DNA of 64,000 nt from Clostridiales bacterium Firm_07 (GCA_001604005.1 LVAM01000010.1:273079-337078); one strand, 5' to 3'; shown: positions 9,514 through 17,990, counted from the stretch's first letter. Notes: a model not told the origin generated them from the sequence alone. Numbers and translations are program-made.

Positions 9514-10405
9514 CTGCATCCTCCCTTGACCGAACGTCATACCGAAAATCAAACGCATTTTGCTTGCGGGCAAGTCCCACGTAAACGTCAAAAAGCCGCG
9601 CTTCGTGCAAGCGGCGAAAGCTCGGACGGGCAAGCAAAGACGAAAGTTTCGCCGCGTGCGCCGTGGCAAGGATCGGCACGCCGGCGTCGCCCGCTTCAAG
9701 GAGCGCGCGGGCGTCTTCTCCGTCCCCGATCTCATCGCACACGATAAGTTCCGCCGAAAGTGTGCGCGCGGCGATCTCAATGCCGCGTGCGCGGGGATAG
9801 CCCGACAAAATATCCAGCAAAAGATCAGGGGAAGACAACCCCGCGAAAAGCTCCTCTCGCGTGTCGATCAGCGCCACGCGGCGCGTCCTTGCCGCCTTGT
9901 GTGCCACGGCGCGCAAAAGCGTGGTCTTGCCGACGCCGGGCGGCGCATACAAAAGAACGCCCGCACACCCGCGTTCAAAAAGCGACACGATCTCGTCGCC
10001 CGTATCGGGCACGGGCGCGGGAAGACGAATGATCAGAGACGAAACCGAAGAAACGCCGTCGATCTCCCCGCCTCGCCCGAGCGCCGCGCGGCCGCAAACG
10101 CCGATCCGCACGCCGCCGGGAAACGCGATATATCCTTTTTTGATGGTCTCCTCGTGCGCGTAAAGCGAGTTTTGACAAAGAGACAACAACACCCGATCCA
10201 TTTCGTTTTCCGAAAGAATGGAGGAAAAAAGTAGATTTTTCCCGTCTTTCGTCACTGAAGTCGCGCGCCCCCGTCTCAGTCGTATTTCCTCCGGCGTGCC
10301 GTATTGGGCGGCGAACTCCGTCACCTCGCGCGCGAGACGCTCCGGAAAATGCGCCGTAAGCGCGGCGGGCACACTGCCCCGCACTTGATAGACGATATGC
10401 TGCAT
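9491..10405 (-). CDS. spoIIIAA: Stage III sporulation protein AA (ATPase)
   Basis: Walker A PPGVGKTTLLR and Walker B LIVCDEIG are present. The ATG at 10405 is preceded by GGAGGG; the track start at 10423 is a GTG. Confidence 0.9.
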   Translation of the reverse strand: MQHIVYQVRGSVPAALTAHFPERLAREVTEFAAQYGTPEEIRLRRGRATSVTKDGKNLLFSSILSENEMDRVLLSLCQNSLYAHEETIKKGYIAFPGGVRIGVCGRAALGRGGEIDGVSSVSSLIIRLPAPVPDTGDEIVSLFERGCAGVLLYAPPGVGKTTLLRAVAHKAARTRRVALIDTREELFAGLSSPDLLLDILSGYPRARGIEIAARTLSAELIVCDEIGDGEDARALLEAGDAGVPILATAHAAKLSSLLARPSFRRLHEARLFDVYVGLARKQNAFDFRYDVRSREDADAVLRDL

Positions 10406-10541
10406 ATCTTGTCCCTCCGTCACATTTTATGCGCGCCGACGGACAAACAGAACCGCAAACTGGTATGATATAAATTTTATTTTTTGGTTATTTTCATACT
10501 ATCAAATTGTGTTAAAATAGAGAAAACGGAGGTGTTATATA

Positions 10542-11378
10542 ATGGATAAAAGGGTTTTAACGGTACAAGATATTTCCTGCGTGGGGCAATGCTCACTGAC
10601 GGTGGCGCTGCCGATCATTTCGGCGTGCGGCATTGAAACGGCGATCCTGCCCTCGGCGGTGCTTTCCACGCACACCGCGGGATTTCACGGCTTCACGTTC
10701 CGCGATCTGACCGAGGATATCCCCGGCATCGTGGATCACTGGGAAAAAGAAAAGATCGCGTTTGATGCGATCTACACGGGATATCTCGGCAGCAAACGCC
10801 AGATCGCGCTGGTGCGCGACATTTTCAAGCGCGTGGCAAAACCCGGGTGCCAAAAGATCGTGGATCCCGCGATGGCGGACAACGGCGTGCTTTACACCGG
10901 TTTTGATGCGGCATTTGCCGCGGAAATGGCGAAACTTGCCGGCGCGGCGGATTTCGTTCTGCCCAATATTACCGAAGCCGCCCTGATGGTGGGCGAGCCC
11001 TACATCGGCGCTGGATATGACGAGGCGTATATCCGCCGTTTGATGGATAAACTGCTCTCTCTCGGCGCGGGGACCGTGGTGATGACGGGCGTGTCGTACG
11101 AAGCGGATAAACTCGGCGTTGCCATTCTCTCGAAGGGCGACAAGGAGATCTCGTACTATTTCCACGAAAGATTGCCGAAAAACTCGCACGGCACCGGGGA
11201 TATTTTCGCCTCCGCCTTTACGGGCGCGCTGATGCGCGGCAAAACGCCGCTTGAAGCCGCCGCCGTCGCCGCCGACTTTACGGTGGCGGGTATGCGCGAG
11301 ACCATCGGTGACGACACCCACTGGTACGGAACGAAATTCGAGAAAGTCCTGCCCCTGCTTGCCGCACGGTTGGCATAA
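10542..11378 (+). CDS. pdxK: Pyridoxal/pyridoxamine kinase
   Basis: It is a ribokinase-fold PdxK/PdxY-type sequence (VLTVQDISCVGQCSL..., C-terminal GTGDIFASAF). The RBS ggaggtg lies upstream. Confidence 0.85.
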   Translation: MDKRVLTVQDISCVGQCSLTVALPIISACGIETAILPSAVLSTHTAGFHGFTFRDLTEDIPGIVDHWEKEKIAFDAIYTGYLGSKRQIALVRDIFKRVAKPGCQKIVDPAMADNGVLYTGFDAAFAAEMAKLAGAADFVLPNITEAALMVGEPYIGAGYDEAYIRRLMDKLLSLGAGTVVMTGVSYEADKLGVAILSKGDKEISYYFHERLPKNSHGTGDIFASAFTGALMRGKTPLEAAAVAADFTVAGMRETIGDDTHWYGTKFEKVLPLLAARLA

Positions 11379-11388
11379 AAAAAGAATA

Positions 11389-11428
11389 TAAAAACGCCCT
11401 CCTTCAAAAGAAGGAGGGCGTTTTTTTA
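11389..11428. terminator. Bidirectional intrinsic terminator
   Basis: The sequence aaaa-ACGCCCTCCTTC-aaaa-GAAGGAGGGCGT-ttttttt lies between convergent pdxK and the SHOCT gene. Confidence 0.85.
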
Positions 11429-11429
11429 T

Positions 11430-11801
11430 TTAAAGTTCGGCGAGATATTTTGCTTTTTGAACATCATATACTCCCTGTGAAATGATGTTATCGTCGAGCA
11501 ACTGTTTTAGTTTTGTCAATTTTTCATATACATCCATATCTCGCTTTACATTGGATGCTGTAACAGGCGCCGCGACTGCATTTTTCGGTTTCAAATCTTC
11601 ATCTGTCATAAGCAACATCAAGACGCCGGCAATTCCGCTGACAAATATAAAAACGCAAACGCACGTACCAACAGTAAGTTCTTTCGCGCTTCGGGCTTTT
11701 TCTACCGTTTTGTATGCTAAAATACCGATAATTAGGGGAAAAATAAAAATCGCGTGTGCTATGCAACCAAGAACGAGAAAGAATTGAGTGGCTTTTTTCA
11801 T
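11430..11801 (-). CDS. Small membrane protein with a C-terminal SHOCT-like domain
   Basis: It has two hydrophobic segments. Its C-terminus, DVYEKLTKLKQLLDDNIISQGVYDVQKAKYL, matches the SHOCT short oligomerisation motif from memory. The gene is visibly AT-rich compared with its flanks. Confidence 0.7.
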   Translation of the reverse strand: MKKATQFFLVLGCIAHAIFIFPLIIGILAYKTVEKARSAKELTVGTCVCVFIFVSGIAGVLMLLMTDEDLKPKNAVAAPVTASNVKRDMDVYEKLTKLKQLLDDNIISQGVYDVQKAKYLAEL

Positions 11802-11830
11802 AAAAGTTTCTCCTTATAACGTTGTATTTT

Positions 11831-11848
11831 GCGTCCTTGCAAGGACGC
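11831..11848. promoter_or_regulatory. Perfect 18-bp palindrome in a divergent intergenic region (candidate operator)
   Basis: GCGTCCTTGCAAGGACGC lies 30 nt upstream of the SHOCT gene start and about 110 nt upstream of the XRE regulator gene. Confidence 0.35.
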
Positions 11849-11959
11849 TTGCATACATTATACATCTATCGTTTCATTTTGTCAACACTTATAGATGATT
11901 TTTTATATCTTTGGTTTGCGTTATGCTATTATTAAAGATGTTAAAAAAGGAGATCGTGT

Positions 11960-12289
11960 ATGAAAGGGCAATATACGGAAGTGGGCGCGCGGATTTTGCA
12001 GGCGCGGAAAATGCAGGGGTTGACGCGCGAGCGGCTTGCCGAAACAGCGGATATTTCGGTACAGTTTTTGGCGGACATCGAGCGCGGCGCGAAGAATATG
12101 ACTGTCACCACGCTCCGCAAACTCGCCACGGCCCTCTCGCTCTCCACCGATTATATCGTCAACGGCACGGCGGAGATCACAAGTGAGGAAGAAGCGGCGT
12201 GGTTGGAACTCTACAAAGCCCTGCCGCCCGAAAAACGGGCGTATGCCCTTGACATCCTGCGCGTTTTCCTGCAAGCGAGCCGCGCATAA
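11960..12289 (+). CDS. XRE-family helix-turn-helix transcriptional regulator
   Basis: The HTH_3-type motif LTRERLAETADISVQFLADIERGAKNMTVTTLRKLATAL is present. The RBS aaaggagat lies upstream. Confidence 0.85.
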   Translation: MKGQYTEVGARILQARKMQGLTRERLAETADISVQFLADIERGAKNMTVTTLRKLATALSLSTDYIVNGTAEITSEEEAAWLELYKALPPEKRAYALDILRVFLQASRA

Positions 12290-12332
12290 AAAAACACCCG
12301 CAAACGCATAGCGTTTGCGGGTGTTTTTTATT
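12288..12332. terminator. Bidirectional intrinsic terminator
   Basis: The sequence aaaaaaa-CACCCGCAAACGC-ata-GCGTTTGCGGGTG-tttttta lies between the convergent XRE gene and the GGGtGRT gene. Confidence 0.85.
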
Positions 12333-12336
12333 TTTC

Positions 12337-13350
12337 TTATTTTTTGAAACTCTCGGCAACGGCAACTGCCACCGCGACGGTCATACCGACCATCGGGTTG
12401 TTGCCGGCACCGATGAGGCCCATCATCTCGACGTGAGCGGGCACCGAAGAGGAACCGGCAAACTGCGCGTCGGAGTGCATTCTGCCCATCGTGTCGGTCA
12501 TACCGTACGAGGAAGGACCCGCCGCCATATTGTCGGGGTGCAAGGTGCGTCCCGTGCCGCCGCCCGACGCCACCGAGAAATATTTGACGCCGTTTTCCAC
12601 GCACCATTTCTTATAAGTGCCCGCCACGGGGTGTTGGAAGCGGGTGGGGTTGGTGGAGTTGCCGGTGATCGAAACGCCGACCTTCTCTTTTTTCATAATG
12701 GCAACGCCCTCCGGCACGTTGTCCGCGCCGTAGCACTTGACGTTGGCGCGCGGACCGTTCGAGAACGCCTTTTGCTCCACCACGCGCACGGTTTCGGTGT
12801 AAGGATCGAATTTGGTCTTGCAATAGGTGAAACCGTTGATGCGGGAGATGATATACGCCGCGTCTTTGCCAAGACCGTTGAGAATCACGCGCAGCGGTTT
12901 TTTACGCACTTTGTTGGCGTTGAGCGCAATTTTGATCGCGCCCTCCGCGGCGGCAAAAGACTCGTGTCCGGCAAGGAAGCAGAAGCACTCGGTCTCCTCC
13001 GAAAGGAGCATTTTGCCGAGGTTTCCGTGTCCGAGCCCCACCTTGCGGTTTTCGGCGACCGAGCCGGGGATGCAGAAACTCTGCAAACCGATACCGATGT
13101 TGGCGGCGGCGGTGGCGGCGGATTTGTCGCCGGTCTTCTCCGCCGCTTTATACGCGATCGCCGCGCCCACCGTGTACGCCCATTTCGCGTTTTCAAAGCA
13201 GATGGGTTGTGTTTCCTGTACGATGGTGTAGGGGTCTACACCGTGTGCGGCGCAAATGTCTTTGCATTCGTCGATCGAGGAGATACCGTATTCTTTCAGC
13301 GTGGCAAGAATCTTTGCCTCGCGTCTTTCATATCCTTCAAACTGTGCCAT
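12337..13350 (-). CDS. GGGtGRT-family protein (function unknown)
   Basis: It contains the eponymous motif in VASGGGTGRTLHP. The ATG at 13350 is preceded by AGGAGG. Confidence 0.85.
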   Translation of the reverse strand: MAQFEGYERREAKILATLKEYGISSIDECKDICAAHGVDPYTIVQETQPICFENAKWAYTVGAAIAYKAAEKTGDKSAATAAANIGIGLQSFCIPGSVAENRKVGLGHGNLGKMLLSEETECFCFLAGHESFAAAEGAIKIALNANKVRKKPLRVILNGLGKDAAYIISRINGFTYCKTKFDPYTETVRVVEQKAFSNGPRANVKCYGADNVPEGVAIMKKEKVGVSITGNSTNPTRFQHPVAGTYKKWCVENGVKYFSVASGGGTGRTLHPDNMAAGPSSYGMTDTMGRMHSDAQFAGSSSVPAHVEMMGLIGAGNNPMVGMTVAVAVAVAESFKK

Positions 13351-13364
13351 TTTCGCGTACCTCC

Positions 13365-14090
13365 TTATTGCTTGCGGGGGTCAATGTATTTGACCGCGCC
13401 GTCCTCCGGTTTGAAACGCCCGTAGGTGCCTTTGGCTTTTTCGTATGCTTCGTTCGGCTCCATACCTTTTTTGATAAAGTCGGTCATCTTGCCGAGCGAC
13501 ACGAATTCATAGCCGATCACTTCGTTATTTTCGTCGAGCGCCATACGGGTGCAGTATCCTTCGGTCATTTCGAGGTAGCGGACACCCTTTTCCTTGGTGC
13601 CGTACATCGTACCGACCATCGAGCGCGCGCCTTTGCCGAGGTCTTCAAGCCCCGCGCCGATCACGAGCCCGCCCTCGGAGAACGCCGATTGCGAACGGCC
13701 GTACACGATCTGCAAAAAGAGCTCGCGCATAGCGGTATTGATCGCGTCGCACACAAGGTCGGTATTGAGGGCTTCGAGAATGGTCTTGCCGGGGAGGATC
13801 TCCGCCGCCATCGCCGCGGAATGCGTCATACCCGAACAGCCGATGGTCTCGACAAGGGCTTCTTCGATCACGCCGTTTTTCACGTTGAGCGAGAGTTTGC
13901 ACGCGCCCTGTTGCGGAGCGCACCATCCCACGCCGTGCGTATAAGCGGAAATGTCGGAAATCTCTTTTGCCTGCACCCATTTCCCTTCTTCGGGAAGCGG
14001 CGCGGGACCGTGATTGCAACCCTTTTCCACCACGCACTGGTGTTCCACTTCCAAGCTGGTGGCATAGGGCTTCTTGCTGACTTGGCTCAT
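13365..14090 (-). CDS. NifU/IscU-like iron-sulfur scaffold-domain protein
   Basis: It has Cys-containing scaffold-like motifs (GWCAPQQGAC, IGCSGMTHSAAMA, LVCDAINTA). The RBS AAGGAGA lies upstream. Confidence 0.75.
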   Translation of the reverse strand: MSQVSKKPYATSLEVEHQCVVEKGCNHGPAPLPEEGKWVQAKEISDISAYTHGVGWCAPQQGACKLSLNVKNGVIEEALVETIGCSGMTHSAAMAAEILPGKTILEALNTDLVCDAINTAMRELFLQIVYGRSQSAFSEGGLVIGAGLEDLGKGARSMVGTMYGTKEKGVRYLEMTEGYCTRMALDENNEVIGYEFVSLGKMTDFIKKGMEPNEAYEKAKGTYGRFKPEDGAVKYIDPRKQ

Positions 14091-14122
14091 TTTTTATATC
14101 TCCTTTTGTTTTGTTTTCGGTC

Positions 14123-14695
14123 TTAACGAACGATCTTGCCGTACACTTCTCCGAAAGCGGCGGCGGCGTTGCACTCGTCGGTGTCGATGTGCATCGCAAG
14201 CGCAAAGCTATCCGAAACGCGCACCACCACGTCGTCAAACACGAGCGGGCGGGCGGTATCGAGTTGCACCTTGACGATCTGCTTGTCCGTGACGCCGAAC
14301 GCGGCGGCGTCCGCTTTGGTCATATGGATGTGACGCTTTGCGACGATGGTGCCCTCCGGCATCTCCATCTCGCCCGCGGGACCGACAAGTTTGAGCCCCG
14401 GCGTGCCCGCCACGTCGCCGCTCTCACGCACGGGAACGGCTTTCAGCCCGAGCGCGCGCGCGTCGGTAAAGGAAAGTTCCACCTGATCCGCTTTGCGGAA
14501 AGGCCCGAGAATGCTGACTTTCAACTCTCCCTTTGGACCGACCAGCGTAACTTTTTCCTCGCAGGCAAATTGCCCGGGCTGGCTTAAATCTTTTTTGTTA
14601 TGCAATGTTGCGTCTTTGCCGAAAAGAACGGCAAAAGTCTCGGCCGTCACGTGGATATGACGCGCCGACGTTTCCACGATGAATTGTTTTTCCAT
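14123..14695 (-). CDS. pduL: Phosphate propanoyltransferase PduL-type phosphotransacylase
   Basis: It has two PduL repeats, each with the RHIH motif (ETSARHIHVT and IVAKRHIHMT), and is about 190 aa. Confidence 0.85.
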   Translation of the reverse strand: MEKQFIVETSARHIHVTAETFAVLFGKDATLHNKKDLSQPGQFACEEKVTLVGPKGELKVSILGPFRKADQVELSFTDARALGLKAVPVRESGDVAGTPGLKLVGPAGEMEMPEGTIVAKRHIHMTKADAAAFGVTDKQIVKVQLDTARPLVFDDVVVRVSDSFALAMHIDTDECNAAAAFGEVYGKIVR

Positions 14696-14744
14696 TTTCC
14701 ATTACCTCACACAGAAAATTTGGGGAAAACCCCTCAACGGCTCC

Positions 14745-14773
14745 ATTATAACACAAAAAGCGCCGCTTGTAAA
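14745..14773 (-). promoter_or_regulatory. Sigma-A-type promoter for the pduL operon
   Basis: On the minus strand: TTTACA-17 nt-TGtTATAAT (extended -10), about 45 nt upstream of the pduL ATG. Confidence 0.6.
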
Positions 14774-14851
14774 TGAAAAAATGAAGAATTCTCCGACATA
14801 TTGCCCGCCTTTTCGGTCCAAAATAAAGAAAAAAGCAAAAGGAGAAACAAG

Positions 14852-15511
14852 ATGGAAGAAGAAAAGAGCAAAGCGGCGACGGGCGATCCTTTTTCCTGCG
14901 GCAGTATCACGGTGGGCGCGGGCGAGGAAAAATTTTTGTGCCTGTCGATCATCGGGCAGATCGAAGGGCATTATCTCCTCGGCGAGGGACAAAAATCCAC
15001 CAAATACGAACACATCATTCCGCTCCTCGTCTCGGCAGAGAAAAACGACAAAATAAGAGGCGTTTTGCTGATTCTCAACACGATGGGCGGCGACGTGGAG
15101 GCGGGGCTTGCCCTCTCGGAGCTCATCGCCTCGATGAAAAAGCCGACCGTTTCCCTGGTATTGGGCGGCGGGCACTCGATCGGCGTGCCGCTTGCCGTGG
15201 CGGCAAAGCGTTCCTTTATCGTACCAAGCGCCACGATGACCGTGCACCCCGTGCGTATCAACGGGCTCGTCATCGGCGCGCCGCAGACCTTCCGCTATTT
15301 TCGGGATATGCAGTCCCGCATCGTGGATTTCGTCTGCCGCCACGCGAAAATCAGCCCCGAAAAATTGAACGAACTGATGATGGCGCCGGACGTCATCGCC
15401 ACCGACGTCGGCTCGATCCTCTCAGGCGAGGAAGCCGTGTCGTGTGGGCTTATCGGTGCCGTTGGCGGGCTTGACGCGGCGCTTGACGCGCTGGCGGAAA
15501 TGACGAAATAA
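14852..15511 (+). CDS. ClpP-family protein, TepA-like
   Basis: It has a ClpP/crotonase-like core, and GGGHSIG and MTVHPV align with the ClpP Ser and His motifs. The ATG at 14852 follows the RBS aaaggagaa. Confidence 0.75.
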   Translation: MEEEKSKAATGDPFSCGSITVGAGEEKFLCLSIIGQIEGHYLLGEGQKSTKYEHIIPLLVSAEKNDKIRGVLLILNTMGGDVEAGLALSELIASMKKPTVSLVLGGGHSIGVPLAVAAKRSFIVPSATMTVHPVRINGLVIGAPQTFRYFRDMQSRIVDFVCRHAKISPEKLNELMMAPDVIATDVGSILSGEEAVSCGLIGAVGGLDAALDALAEMTK

Positions 15512-15548
15512 AAATACCCGCAGATCGTTTGATCTGCGGGTATTTTCA
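15509..15548. terminator. Bidirectional intrinsic terminator
   Basis: The sequence aaaa-ATACCCGCAGATC-gttt-GATCTGCGGGTAT-tttc lies between convergent genes. Confidence 0.8.
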
Positions 15549-16262
15549 GAAGCACCCCCACACCGTTGCCACGACAAGCGCGGGCAGGAGATTGGCAACG
15601 CGGATTTTCTGCTTGAAAGCGAGATTGACGCCCACCGCGAAAATGAGGACCGAGCCGACAAGCGACAGATTGTGCAGCGCGGGCGCGGGAAGAAGCGTGC
15701 CGAAGAAAAAAGCGAGCAAGGTGACGCCGCCCTGAAAGATCGCCACCGGAATGGCGGAAAAGATCGCGCCCTTGCCGTTTGCGGACGCCATCATACAGAT
15801 GATGATGCAGTCAAGCACTCCTTTTGCCACAAGCGTGGCGCTGTCGCCGGAAATACCGTCCTCGACCGAGCCGACCACCGCCATCGCACCGATGCAAACC
15901 GTGCAGGAAGCCGTGACGAACGCGCCGACAAACGAGTTGTCCGAGGCGTTGCCCGTCTTCTTTTTGAGCCACTCTCCAAAGCGCACGATGCCCGCGTCGA
16001 TGTGGAGAAGTTCCCCGACGAGCGCGCCGACGGCAAGACTGACAATCATCATCAGCGTGCCGGAAGTATCAAATCCTTCGGGCGTTGCGATCAACATTTT
16101 GGCGACCACGCCGCCCGCCGCCATCAAAAGCACCGCAATGCCCGTGACGGTGATCAGAGTCTCCCGCATCCGCTCTTGGATCAATTTGCCCGCGACAAGA
16201 CCGACAAGTCCCCCCGCGATGATCAAAACGACGTTGACAAGCGTCCCGAAACCGGGAAACAT
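15546..16262 (-). CDS. DUF554-like polytopic membrane protein
   Basis: FPGFGTLVNVVLIIAGGLVG... followed by multiple TM segments resembles the DUF554 (YqgA-like) family from memory. The ATG at 16262 follows AGAGGTG; the track start is a TTG. Confidence 0.65.
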   Translation of the reverse strand: MFPGFGTLVNVVLIIAGGLVGLVAGKLIQERMRETLITVTGIAVLLMAAGGVVAKMLIATPEGFDTSGTLMMIVSLAVGALVGELLHIDAGIVRFGEWLKKKTGNASDNSFVGAFVTASCTVCIGAMAVVGSVEDGISGDSATLVAKGVLDCIIICMMASANGKGAIFSAIPVAIFQGGVTLLAFFFGTLLPAPALHNLSLVGSVLIFAVGVNLAFKQKIRVANLLPALVVATVWGCF

Positions 16263-16328
16263 AAGCGCACCTCTTTTCAATGGACCGCGCCCCCGATACT
16301 CGGGGGCGCGGCGGTTTATTTTGCGGTT

Positions 16329-17699
16329 TTACCGCACTTTCGGCAGTTTTTCAAGCGACGCGGCGATCTCCTCGTCGGAGGGGATATAGTCGCTCATCTG
16401 CCCCTCGTGGAATTTCTGATATGCCACCATATCAAAATAACCGGTGCCGGTAAGGCCAAAGAGAATGGTTTTTTCCTCGCCGGTCTCGCGGCAGCGGATC
16501 GCCTCGTCCATCGCGACACGAATGGCGTGGCTGCTCTCGGGAGCGGGCAAAATGCCCTCCACGCGGGCAAACTCCTCGGCGGCGGCAAAAACGTCGGTTT
16601 GATGGACGGAAACCGCTTCCATATACCCGTCGTGGTAAAGTTGCGAGAGCACGGGGCTCATACCGTGATAGCGCAGACCTCCCGCGTGCGAGGGGGAGGG
16701 AATGAAGTTGCTGCCCAGCGTGTACATTTTGGCAAGCGGGCAAACTCTGCCGGTGTCGCAATAGTCGTAAGCAAACTTGCCGCGTGTGAAGCTGGGGCAG
16801 GAAGCGGGTTCGACGGCAACGATGCGATAATCCGCCTCACCCCGCAGTTTTTCGCCCATAAAGGGCGCAATGAGACCGCCGAGATTGGAGCCGCCGCCGG
16901 CACAGCCGATCACGATGTCGGGTTTGACGCCGTAGCGATCCATCGCCGCTTTGGCTTCAAGCCCGATGATCGACTGGTGGAGCATCACTTGATTGAGCAC
17001 GCTCCCCAGCACGTAGCGATACCCTTCGTTCGTCACGGCGCATTCCACCGCCTCCGAGATTGCGCAACCGAGGCTGCCCGTGGTGCCGGGGTGCTCGGCA
17101 AGGATCTTTCTGCCCACCTCGGTGGTGTCGGAAGGCGAGGGCGTGACCGACGCACCGTAAGTGCGCATCACCTCGCGGCGATAGGGCTTTTGCTCGTAAG
17201 AGCATTTCACCATAAAAACTTTGCAGTCCAGTCCCAGATACGCGCACGCCATCGAAAGCGCCGTGCCCCACTGTCCCGCGCCGGTCTCGGTCGTCACGCC
17301 GCGCAGTCCCTGCGCTTTGGCGTAATACGCCTGTGCGATGGCGGAGTTGAGTTTGTGGCTTCCGCTCGTGTTGTTGCCCTCGAATTTATAGTAAATTTTA
17401 GCGGGCGTTTGCAATTTTTTCTCCAAGCAATACGCGCGCACAAGCGGAGAGGGACGATACATTTTATAAAAATCCAAAATCTCCTGCGGAATGTCGATCA
17501 GTCGCGTGGTGTTGTCCAGTTCCTGCGCCACAAGCGCGTCGCAAAAGACCTTTCCCAAACCCGCGGCGTCCATCGGCTCACCGGTGGCGGGGTTGAGGAG
17601 CGGCGCGGGTTTTTGCTTCATATCGGCGCGCAGATTGTACCACGCGCGCGGCATCTCCTTTTCTTCCAGATAGATCTTGTACGGAATTTCCTGTGCCAT
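16329..17699 (-). CDS. trpB: TrpB-like PLP enzyme (tryptophan synthase beta chain, TrpB2 type), stand-alone
   Basis: The PLP-lysine motif SGSHKLNSA and the GCAGGGSNLGG loop are present. It is about 456 aa, the long TrpB2 form. No trpA gene is adjacent. Confidence 0.85.
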   Translation of the reverse strand: MAQEIPYKIYLEEKEMPRAWYNLRADMKQKPAPLLNPATGEPMDAAGLGKVFCDALVAQELDNTTRLIDIPQEILDFYKMYRPSPLVRAYCLEKKLQTPAKIYYKFEGNNTSGSHKLNSAIAQAYYAKAQGLRGVTTETGAGQWGTALSMACAYLGLDCKVFMVKCSYEQKPYRREVMRTYGASVTPSPSDTTEVGRKILAEHPGTTGSLGCAISEAVECAVTNEGYRYVLGSVLNQVMLHQSIIGLEAKAAMDRYGVKPDIVIGCAGGGSNLGGLIAPFMGEKLRGEADYRIVAVEPASCPSFTRGKFAYDYCDTGRVCPLAKMYTLGSNFIPSPSHAGGLRYHGMSPVLSQLYHDGYMEAVSVHQTDVFAAAEEFARVEGILPAPESSHAIRVAMDEAIRCRETGEEKTILFGLTGTGYFDMVAYQKFHEGQMSDYIPSDEEIAASLEKLPKVR

Positions 17700-17701
17700 T
17701 T

Positions 17702-17990
17702 TCTTTTCTCCTTTCGATTTGTAAAAATAAAAACTCCCGTCCCGACAAAACTGCCGGGACAGGAGAAGTTTCCTGCGGTGCCACCCTGCTTGGCGCTGTG
17801 CGCCCACTTTTCGCATACGACCATATGCCGGCTTTGATAACGGGAAAGCCGCACCGTCTCACATACTCGGGGGGAAAACCCCTTTCCGTTCGCCCTTGAA
17901 AGTCCATTCGCGTCTGACTTTTTTACCGCACTCCCACCGCCGGCGGCTCTCTTGGAAAAAAGGATCAAACGCTACTTACTCTTTCGCAAC
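17702..17990 (-). promoter_or_regulatory. T-box leader with Trp (UGG) specifier
   Basis: On the minus strand, stem I starts UUGCGAAAGAGUA and contains AGAGAG...GGUGGGAG elements. The specifier loop is GAAUGGAC, with UGG at 17904-17906. The T-box sequence is AGGGUGGCACCGC (17775-17787). The terminator is CUCCUGUCCCGGC-aguuuu-GUCGGGACGGGAG followed by UUUUUAUUUUU (17723-17765). Confidence 0.8.

Noticed and set aside
7666-9747. A 693-aa plus-strand ORF, together with the overlapping ORF at 7724..8674, across the spoIIIA operon.
   Set aside because: It is antisense to spoIIIAE/AD/AC/AB. The translation is low-complexity and Arg/Lys/Ser/Pro-rich, with no motifs and no RBS.
10424-10541. A possible sigma-E-type -10 element (CATACCAG on the minus strand at 10460-10467) upstream of spoIIIAA, and a plus-strand TGgTATGAT at 10461-10469 as a pdxK promoter.
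   Set aside because: The matches are partial and I could not find a convincing -35 partner for either. The same bases would have to serve both strands. This is too speculative to list as a feature without transcription start site data.
16286-16312. A GC-rich hairpin, CCGCGCCCCCGA-tac-TCGGGGGCGCGG, between the trpB stop and the DUF554 start.
   Set aside because: On the minus strand, which is the sense strand for both flanking genes, no U tract follows it. The T-rich run is on the plus-strand side, where no gene ends. It may be a stabilising stem or a weak terminator, but I do not call it.
15672-17837. A 721-aa plus-strand ORF covering the DUF554 and trpB genes.
   Set aside because: It is antisense to two genes with clear motifs. 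It also crosses the intergenic hairpin and the T-box leader, and has no start context.
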